Assembly: GCA_023898425.1 (NCBI GenBank)
Contig: CP060222.1
Coordinates: forward strand, 450,001 to 482,000
DNA: 32,000 bases
Reading direction: 5' to 3'
Source of the DNA: Candidatus Saccharimonadota bacterium
GTDB lineage: Bacteria; Patescibacteriota; Patescibacteriia; 2-12-FULL-60-25
The notes beneath the pieces are model-generated. The model saw only the letters and a list, made by a program, of their open reading frames with translations, did not search any database and was not told the origin of the DNA. Positions 25,256-32,000 of this stretch are shown one piece after another. The translations under genes and the position numbers were made by a program. Position 1 is the first letter of the stretch, and each line of letters opens with the position of its first letter.

Positions 25256-25321
25256 TATATCTGATGGCTGCGCCACGTGAGCCGTACGCAAAAAGCCGCG
25301 CTTTTCGCGACGGCTTTTACG

Positions 25322-25398
25322 TGGTGCACCCGTGACGATTCGAACGTCAGACCTCTTCCTCCGCAGGGAAGCGCTCTATCCAGCTGAGCTACGGGTGC
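25322..25398 (-). tRNA. tRNA-Arg (anticodon GCG), CCA encoded
   Basis: The reverse complement folds canonically: GCACCCG TA GCTC AGCTGGATA GAGC G CTTCC CTGCGGA GGAAG AGGTC TGACG TTCGAAT CGTCA CGGGTGC A CCA. Confidence 0.9.
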
Positions 25399-25417
25399 AA
25401 AAACCTCTTTATTTGGT

Positions 25418-25948
25418 CTAAAACTTCAGAAGCCGCCCGACTATATCAGAAAATGGCTCACTGCGCAAGTCTCCGTCTTCGGCCACAAATTGGCTAAGAA
25501 AGCCTCTTAATTCGACCGGATCAACGTCTTCGAGGGAGATAGAAAGGCGTGGTTTTACACCGCTTACAAAGTCGATATAAAGGGTTTTTGTGTGAGGTGG
25601 GTTATACACAATCGCGAATTGCTCGATGTCTTCGTAGAGGTGAAGGATGCCATCCCATACAAGGCCATCTTGACCTACTTGTACCAAAATAGGACGTGGT
25701 TCACGTGACCCTAAAAGAAGTAAGAGAATAACCGTTAAAACGATAATAAAGGCAAACAAAAAGTTCGAAGATACCAACGAGTACGCGACCAATAGCATCG
25801 TAATAACGGTTAGGGCAAAATACCACGCTTTACTACGTTCGTATTTTTGGAAAGAAACAGTCTCCCAAACAAATTGATCTTGGTCGAGAATCACCGCTTC
25901 TTGCACTTCTTTTGAAAGAGACGCCATATAGGACATAGTATACCACAT
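25418..25948 (-). CDS. Two-TM membrane protein with soluble C-terminal domain, unknown function
   Basis: Intact ORF with two adjacent TM helices (WYFALTVITMLLVAYSLV / FLFAFIIVLTVILLLLL) followed by a ~95-aa domain. The true start may be an internal Met (MSYMASL or MASLSK). Confidence 0.6.
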   Translation of the reverse strand: MWYTMSYMASLSKEVQEAVILDQDQFVWETVSFQKYERSKAWYFALTVITMLLVAYSLVSSNFLFAFIIVLTVILLLLLGSREPRPILVQVGQDGLVWDGILHLYEDIEQFAIVYNPPHTKTLYIDFVSGVKPRLSISLEDVDPVELRGFLSQFVAEDGDLRSEPFSDIVGRLLKF

Positions 25949-26013
25949 TATTCCTTTCGCCTTCTATGGAAGGCGGGGATGGTAGATTACTGCAAAACTG
26001 CTAGGATAAACCT

Positions 26014-28083
26014 ATGCTAAATTGGACCGATCCCGTTGGATTTGTAAAAGGCGCCACAACCCCCATCCGTCGTGCATGGGAGGCGCTTGGGATTCGTACC
26101 ATTGGAGATTTGCTCGAAACGCCACCAAAGCGTTATGACGACTATTCTCAAACGATTACGGTTGCGGATGCGATTCATGGTGATGTCGCTACCTTTAAAG
26201 TAACGGTGGTCTCATTTAAAAAACAGCCAACATTTCGTAAGCGTATCCAGCTTTTTAAACTTGTTGCAAAGGATGATACAGGAACCATTACAGCGACCTT
26301 CTTTCAACAGCCTTGGCTTGTGAATGAGATGACCGAAGGTCGTGAAATTTTTCTTTCTGGAAAAGTTGGCGTACATGCCACTTTTGGCAAACAACTGAAT
26401 CATCCCCTTTGGGAACCGAGTGATAAGCAAATCGCCAGTGGACGTATTGCGCCAGTCTATGGACTCGCCGGGACACTCGCGCAAAAAACCTATCGACGCT
26501 TAGTGCAAACTTGCTTTGAATTACTCGACGAATCCACGGTACCCAAGCTTGCAGAAGAGTTAGGCGCGCAAACCGGGTATCTTGATCTCCTTAAAAAACT
26601 TCATATGCCGGAGGCGCGTACTGATCTCGAGCAAGCACGAGAAGGCCTCGCTTATATCGAGCTCATGATTTATCAGATTGCTATGCGAACGGCGGTGGCA
26701 AAAGCAGCAAAAGCAGGCGCGCCAATGATTCCAGTGCACGAAGACGCAGCAAAGCGTTTTGCTGCGAGCCTCCCTTTTCCATTAACGGGTGATCAGAAAA
26801 AAGCTGTATGGCTATTGCTGCAAGAGATGGAGAAACCAGAACCGGTGCGCGCCTTACTTCAGGGTGATGTGGGTTCTGGTAAAACGGCCGTTGCTGCCTT
26901 TTTGGCAGCCATGGTACATCGCAAAGAACAGAGCGTTGCTATTCTTGCGCCAACTGAATTGCTCGCTCAACAACATTCGGTTTCTTTTCAGCGCTTTTAT
27001 GCTGGCACGACTATTCCGGTGATTCTCTTTACGCGAACCGTAAAAAAGCGGTTCTTTCAAGGAAAAGAAGAACTGCTTACAAAAGACGAAGCGCTCGCCG
27101 AGATCGAAGGAGGTAATATTGTGATTATTGGTACGCACGCCATTCTTGTTGATGGACGGCTTCCAAAAGATCTCGCACTCGCTGTTATTGATGAGCAACA
27201 TCGCTTTGGAGTTGGACAAAGAGAAACGCTTGTTCAAAATGCACGCGTTGATGGACTCGTACCACATCTTGTCTCAATGACGGCAACACCAATCCCACGT
27301 ACACTCGCGCTTACCTTGTATAGCGACTTACATCACGTGCTCTTGCGCGAAAAACCGGCAGGTCGCTTACCGATTGAGACCCATGTGTGCATAGGCAATG
27401 GTCGTGAGCGCGCTTATCGTGCAATTCGTGATGCAGTAAGTAAAAAAGAACGTGCTTATATTGTTTTTCCGCTCATCGAAGCATCGGATACAACAGGCGC
27501 TCAAGCATTATTAGATGCCTATAAAGAACTTTCAAAAGGTCCACTCGAAGGGTTGGGGATTGGGATCGTCCATGGCAAACAAAAGGTCAAAGAACAAGAA
27601 GAAGCATTTGCGAAATTTAAAGATGGCCGAACACCCGTTTTACTTTCAACAACGGTTATCGAAGTTGGTGTGGACGTACCAGAAGCGACGATTATTATGA
27701 TTGAAAACGCTGAACGCTTTGGACTGGCACAACTTCATCAATTACGTGGCCGTGTTGGACGCGCGCTCTTACCGAGCCAATGTTTCTTAGCAACCGATGT
27801 AGAAGGGGATAAGCTCTTACGTTTACAACTCATGGAACGCATTCAAGATGGCTTTGCTCTTGCCGAAGAAGATCTCAAACTCCGTGGAAGCGGACGCATT
27901 CTTGGCACCGTCCAAAGTGGACGCGATCTTGGTTTCCGTTATATCCAGCTCACCGATATTCCACTCATGAAAAAAGCGAATGACGACGTAAAATCCTTTT
28001 TACAAAAAGAAGGCGGCTTAGAAGCCTACCCGACAATTGCAAAAGCTGTTCACCAATTGCAAGAATCAACGCACTTTGAATAA
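26014..28083 (+). CDS. recG: ATP-dependent DNA helicase RecG
   Basis: N-terminal wedge/OB region. Helicase motifs are LLQGDVGSGKT (I), VIDEQHRFG (II) and SMTATPIPRT (III). QLHQLRGRVGR (VI) is followed by the C-terminal RGSG..G..QSG motif. Confidence 0.92.
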   Translation: MLNWTDPVGFVKGATTPIRRAWEALGIRTIGDLLETPPKRYDDYSQTITVADAIHGDVATFKVTVVSFKKQPTFRKRIQLFKLVAKDDTGTITATFFQQPWLVNEMTEGREIFLSGKVGVHATFGKQLNHPLWEPSDKQIASGRIAPVYGLAGTLAQKTYRRLVQTCFELLDESTVPKLAEELGAQTGYLDLLKKLHMPEARTDLEQAREGLAYIELMIYQIAMRTAVAKAAKAGAPMIPVHEDAAKRFAASLPFPLTGDQKKAVWLLLQEMEKPEPVRALLQGDVGSGKTAVAAFLAAMVHRKEQSVAILAPTELLAQQHSVSFQRFYAGTTIPVILFTRTVKKRFFQGKEELLTKDEALAEIEGGNIVIIGTHAILVDGRLPKDLALAVIDEQHRFGVGQRETLVQNARVDGLVPHLVSMTATPIPRTLALTLYSDLHHVLLREKPAGRLPIETHVCIGNGRERAYRAIRDAVSKKERAYIVFPLIEASDTTGAQALLDAYKELSKGPLEGLGIGIVHGKQKVKEQEEAFAKFKDGRTPVLLSTTVIEVGVDVPEATIIMIENAERFGLAQLHQLRGRVGRALLPSQCFLATDVEGDKLLRLQLMERIQDGFALAEEDLKLRGSGRILGTVQSGRDLGFRYIQLTDIPLMKKANDDVKSFLQKEGGLEAYPTIAKAVHQLQESTHFE

Positions 28084-29442
28084 GCCAAGAGACTCACAAG
28101 CTTCGCGTACGGTAGAGCAGGGGACGAGCTTCGCTTTTGTCGTTTTTGGGAGCTTGGCTGATTTTGGCAAAATGATCGTTAAAAAACCTAGACGTTCAAG
28201 TTCGCGCACACGCATATCCATGCGTGAGACAGGACGTAATTCGCCAGCAAGACCTACCTCGCCAAAAGCGGCGACACTTTGATCAATGATTTGATCTTGC
28301 TTTGCTGATATTGCCGCAAGACAAAACGCGAGATCAGAAGCATTTTCTGCGGCCGAAAATCCACCAATGACATTGGCAAAAACGTCTTGATCACCAAAGC
28401 TTGCACCAACCCGACGTGCCATTACCGCCAAAAGAAGACTTGCGCGATTCGTATCAATACCAGAAGTGCGGCGTAATGGCGTTCCATAGCCAGCTGCCGT
28501 AACAAGTGCCTGCAACTCAACTAGGAGGGTTTTATTACCTTCAACAATAGGCGTTACGATAGTGCCCGAGGCTTTCGCTGGACGATGCGACAATAATGCA
28601 GCGCTCGGATCAAGAATCGGCTCGAGACCGCGTTCTGAGAGGTCAAGAATAGCCGTCTCATCCGCTGAGCCAAATCGATGTTTAAAAACTCTTAAAAGGC
28701 GATGTGACTGGCCACGATCACCCTCCATCATCAAAACAGTATCAACAAGATGCTCGAGAAGGCGAGGTCCAGCAATATCACCATCTTTATTGACCTGTCC
28801 AACCAAAATAACACTTGCACCCACATCTTTTGCTGCTTCGTTTAAAATAGCTGATGATGCTTTTATTTGCGTTGGATTACCTGGCTCACCCGTAACCTCT
28901 GGCATTCGCACTGATTGAATAGAGTCTACAATCGTTAGAGCCGGTTTTTGCGCGCGAATAGTTGCTGCAATCGTTAGAGCATCCGTCTCATCAAGAAAAG
29001 AGAGCGTCTCAGGTATGGTTGCACCTACGAGACGCTTTAATCGAGAGCCAACTTGTGATGGAGATTCTTCTCCCGTCACATAAAGCACGGGTCTATTTTG
29101 TCGTGCTATCTGAATCGCGAGTTGTGCCGTTAACGTAGACTTACCAATTCCGGGCTCACCACCAAGTAGGGTAACCGAGCCATTTACAATACCACCGGAA
29201 AGAAGCTCATCCCACCATAAAAGCTTTGTTGGGACGGGGACTGCAAGCGTCTCATCAAGCGCAGCAAAAGAACCGACCTTACCAGCCGGTTTTGCTTTAC
29301 CTCTTGTGCCTGAAGAAGGGTTCGCTACAGCAGCCCCGTCTTCGTGAACAGTGCCCCAAGCGCCACATTCAGAGCATTGGCCAGACCATTTGGTAAATTG
29401 GCCATCGCATTTTGAGCACACGAAGACGGAAGAAGATTTCAT
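28066..29442 (-). CDS. radA: DNA repair protein RadA/Sms
   Basis: N-terminal zinc finger CSKCDGQFTKWSGQCSECGAWGT, Walker A GGEPGIGKST, KHRFG (the KNRFG-type motif) and a Lon-protease-like C-terminal domain. It converges on recG with an 18-nt overlap. Confidence 0.92.
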   Translation of the reverse strand: MKSSSVFVCSKCDGQFTKWSGQCSECGAWGTVHEDGAAVANPSSGTRGKAKPAGKVGSFAALDETLAVPVPTKLLWWDELLSGGIVNGSVTLLGGEPGIGKSTLTAQLAIQIARQNRPVLYVTGEESPSQVGSRLKRLVGATIPETLSFLDETDALTIAATIRAQKPALTIVDSIQSVRMPEVTGEPGNPTQIKASSAILNEAAKDVGASVILVGQVNKDGDIAGPRLLEHLVDTVLMMEGDRGQSHRLLRVFKHRFGSADETAILDLSERGLEPILDPSAALLSHRPAKASGTIVTPIVEGNKTLLVELQALVTAAGYGTPLRRTSGIDTNRASLLLAVMARRVGASFGDQDVFANVIGGFSAAENASDLAFCLAAISAKQDQIIDQSVAAFGEVGLAGELRPVSRMDMRVRELERLGFLTIILPKSAKLPKTTKAKLVPCSTVREACESLGLFKVR

Positions 29443-29487
29443 ACAAGTATGGTCACGGGCTGTGCAAAAGGTGTCAATACTCCTCCT

Positions 29488-31155
29488 TTAACCTCCTCCA
29501 CTGCGGCAAGCATTATATTTTGCCATAAAACTAACTGTTCTTGAATCGGTTTCCCAACTAGGGCTATTTGCATAACCAACATAAAGTGCACGAGCCCTTG
29601 CAACATTGCCATTCGCCGCTCTAAACGTTGATTTAGCTGCGTAAGTCAGGGCACGAATGCCCCCTTCAATACTTAAAAGATCAGCAATTGAATAGCAGGT
29701 ATTGTTAATATTCTTACCATAAACAAGTTGACCATCTTTCATACATTGATATGAATTACAGGTCGGATGCAGATTATCATCCGTAGCAGTTCGCTCTCTA
29801 TTTTTGCGACACATTGAATGCCCAATGGTGACTTGGCCTATTCCAATACCGTGGGACATCTCCATATCCAGTCCAAAATCTGGCTTTGACGGATCAAGTG
29901 TATGGTCATCATTCCTCGGAGGATCATTTGGAGAAAATTGAACGCCTGTATACGTACGATGGAGAAATTTGTACCTACCGCGAGCAACGGTTGATTTTCT
30001 TGTGACATTTTCATCATGTCCTATAGCCCGAAAACGCCCTGCAGACTCTGACTGAACAGTGGCTACGATAAAGCATTCATCAATGCCAGCTTCTCTGGCA
30101 GCGATCCTTGCTAGGGCAACCGCCTGACGAGACGCATCACTGTCATTGGCGGGTGCTGCCCCTGAACTATAGGATGATTGAGATGTTATTGCTGTCCATT
30201 GATCCAATGGAATTAATTGAAACTCTACAGGATCAATTCTCTTAAATTTCAATGTCTCTAGTGAGAGTAGCGCTGGATTCACGGTATTCAAAATTACATA
30301 AGCTCCGAGAACTAGCCCCATACCGATAAGTGCGTCAGTGATTGTTTTCTTACCATTTTTAACACCAAGAGGCGTTGCTGCTAATAAATATTGAAAACCG
30401 CCATAAACCACCATTACGATAGCCACCGTTAAAACAATAGCCGTTAGATAGCGATATAGCGCATTTACGTATTGCCCGAGGTAGGGAACAGAAACAATAC
30501 CACCTGACTCTGTGGCTGGTGTAAAAGAGAAGCCAGGGATTTCTACGCCTAACACTGGAACAATAGGGACGAAGGGAGCTTCTCCAGAATCCGCTGACTC
30601 TGATACCCCGGATGACGTCGCTACATCTGCTAAACATTTCTTACTTCCATCTGTTGGACGGCAAGCGAGGCCATTCGCGCAATTTACCTGCGTGCCTGAA
30701 TCACCAGAGCACAATTGACCTTCTTTTAATTTACAGAAATTTTCTTCGCACGCATAAGCTGTGCCAGCTCCGCAATCAGCCTCTGTTTCGCAGCGCGCAT
30801 GTGCGGTAAGCGGCGTAGAGTTTACTGTTGCACATGTAGCCGATCGCGTTGTGGCAGTGCCGCAAACACCTGAGTTGTTAGCATCATTAACAATCCAATT
30901 TGCTGTTTGACCTTGATAATTTACATAGTGCTGGGGTACATTCAAGCATTTATATTGCTGAAAATTACGCATCACACTCTTTTCATCTTCAGAGGGAGAT
31001 CCAGGCAAAACATCTGTAAACTGAAAGCATGAATTTACTGTTGACTCAGACAACAAAATACAACAAGACTTTACCGCCACATCAGCAAATGCAACGGAAG
31101 GCAGCGCAAGAGCGGCGACGGCAAAAATAGCCGCTATTCGTTGAAAATATCTCAT
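29488..31155 (-). CDS. Secreted Cys-rich domain + pilin-like double-TM hairpin + lytic-transglycosylase-like domain fusion protein
   Basis: Signal peptide (..ALPSVAFA/DV), then a ~150-aa region rich in Cys. Next is YVNALYRYLTAIVLTVAIVMVVYGGFQYLLAATPLGVKNGKKTITDALIGMGLVLGAYVILNTVNPALL (T4SS-pilin-like pattern). The C-terminal IVATVQSESAGRFRAIG..SHGIGIGQV resembles the ES..GxxQ core of SLT-type transglycosylases. Confidence 0.65.
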   Translation of the reverse strand: MRYFQRIAAIFAVAALALPSVAFADVAVKSCCILLSESTVNSCFQFTDVLPGSPSEDEKSVMRNFQQYKCLNVPQHYVNYQGQTANWIVNDANNSGVCGTATTRSATCATVNSTPLTAHARCETEADCGAGTAYACEENFCKLKEGQLCSGDSGTQVNCANGLACRPTDGSKKCLADVATSSGVSESADSGEAPFVPIVPVLGVEIPGFSFTPATESGGIVSVPYLGQYVNALYRYLTAIVLTVAIVMVVYGGFQYLLAATPLGVKNGKKTITDALIGMGLVLGAYVILNTVNPALLSLETLKFKRIDPVEFQLIPLDQWTAITSQSSYSSGAAPANDSDASRQAVALARIAAREAGIDECFIVATVQSESAGRFRAIGHDENVTRKSTVARGRYKFLHRTYTGVQFSPNDPPRNDDHTLDPSKPDFGLDMEMSHGIGIGQVTIGHSMCRKNRERTATDDNLHPTCNSYQCMKDGQLVYGKNINNTCYSIADLLSIEGGIRALTYAAKSTFRAANGNVARARALYVGYANSPSWETDSRTVSFMAKYNACRSGGG

Positions 31156-31156
31156 A

Positions 31157-31828
31157 CTACTTTTTTAATCGTGCCTTAAATACCTCCCAACGCAAGCTAT
31201 TTACACTGATATCTTGTGGCATCACTTTGGATTCAATAAAAATCGTTGGAGATGTCCCAATATTATACTGCGCTGCCAAAGCATTATCTTGTTGGATAAT
31301 AGCGGCATCTTTTCCTGTTGCGAGACAGGTATTAAATCCACTGACATTCATACCTGCGGTTCTCGCATATTCTTGAAGTCTATCAACCGTTAAATCACCC
31401 GTAGCTGCCATAACAAGTCCACGAAACTCCCAAAAACGTTGTTGGTCATTTGCGCAACGTCCAGCAGCTGCGGCTAAGATGGCCGAAGGATTGTCTGAGG
31501 CTAAAATAAGATCTCTCCAAACGATTCGTGTATCAGGGATTTCGTTAATAATAGCCACGACAGCTGGCTCAAGAGACTTGGTAGAAAGATCGGTCATATC
31601 ACCAAAAATCGTAACAACTACGGCATTAGTAGACGATGAACCTGTCCAAGGATCGGTTTCGCGATTAGGAGGGAGTTTTGCATCGTTTGATGGTTGCAAA
31701 AAAGTAAGCGCAGGTTTAGAGCCCGCTGGAAAATAGGACGTTGATCGTACTAAGAACTCTAAGGACGCTAAGGCAAAAAGTACGACAAGCCCGCCTATGG
31801 CAATCCAGACCATTCGATGATTCTCCAT
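31157..31828 (-). CDS. DsbA-like thioredoxin-fold protein lacking the CXXC active site; N-terminal membrane anchor
   Basis: Shows the DsbA/Thioredoxin_4 pattern (VVVTIFGDMTDLSTKSLEP..AAGRCANDQQRFWEFRGLVM..YNIGTSPTIFIESKVM). The position of F-x-D-x-x-C-P-x-C reads FGDMTDLST. The start is set at the ATG at 31828 (MENHRMVWIAIGG..). Its stop lies 1 nt from the next gene's start. Confidence 0.6.
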   Translation of the reverse strand: MENHRMVWIAIGGLVVLFALASLEFLVRSTSYFPAGSKPALTFLQPSNDAKLPPNRETDPWTGSSSTNAVVVTIFGDMTDLSTKSLEPAVVAIINEIPDTRIVWRDLILASDNPSAILAAAAGRCANDQQRFWEFRGLVMAATGDLTVDRLQEYARTAGMNVSGFNTCLATGKDAAIIQQDNALAAQYNIGTSPTIFIESKVMPQDISVNSLRWEVFKARLKK

Positions 31829-31829
31829 A

Positions 31830-32000
31830 CTACAATTCAAAACGTATTAGTTGACCAGAAATTGTATCGGTAAAAATAACGGCTGAACCATCAGGTGTCG
31901 CTACCATTTGCTGAATTGCAACATCGTTAACGCTAGGGGATCCATAGACAACGGTTTCTCCTGTATCAACATTTACTCGTACTAATTGATCTGGCGTATT
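31830..32000 (-). CDS. Partial CDS (C-terminal 56 aa), unknown function
   Basis: A stop-free minus-strand frame runs from the window edge, reading ..NTPDQLVRVNVDTGETVVYGSPSVNDVAIQQMVATPDGSAVIFTDTISGQLIRFEL*. The stop is 1 nt before the next ATG. Confidence 0.5.
   Translation of the reverse strand, partial: NTPDQLVRVNVDTGETVVYGSPSVNDVAIQQMVATPDGSAVIFTDTISGQLIRFEL

Overview
The window looks like a small-genome, moderately AT-rich bacterium. Its T4SS-pilin-like TM-hairpin protein and many orphan membrane proteins suggest Patescibacteria/CPR, but that is inference only.

The right part (12.6-32 kb) is mostly intact housekeeping. It holds rsgA, a heterodimeric ABC exporter with one degenerate ATP site, bcp, an IMPase-family gene, tRNA-Arg(GCG), recG and radA. 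It also holds a three-gene minus-strand envelope block: a partial gene, a DsbA-like protein without CXXC, and a Cys-rich signal peptide + pilin-like TM hairpin + lytic-transglycosylase fusion.

The left part (1-12.5 kb) is accessory and heavily disrupted:
- A roughly 870-aa surface protein has three copies of an unrecognised ~185-aa module, an InlB-B-type repeat and a PG-binding tail. It is broken at about six homopolymer or dinucleotide tracts.
- An AT-rich, co-directional six-gene cassette (XRE HTH, tyrS-like, PhyH dioxygenase, group II PLP decarboxylase, nucleotidyltransferase, hypothetical) sits beside tRNA-Ser(GCT). All six genes are frame-broken.
- A perfect 25-bp direct repeat brackets the cassette. 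Just outside lies an inverted 34-bp repeat with homologous terminator hairpins, which reads as two paralogous gene 3' ends.
- A purine-rich, GC-rich 290-nt segment with no ATG, and a GC-rich orphan ORF, follow the cassette.

No integrase, transposase, CRISPR array or recognisable defence system was seen.

The main open question is whether the roughly 30 frame disruptions are real decay or phase variation, or local assembly error. They are confined to accessory genes, and both tRNA-Ser genes are also one nucleotide short.
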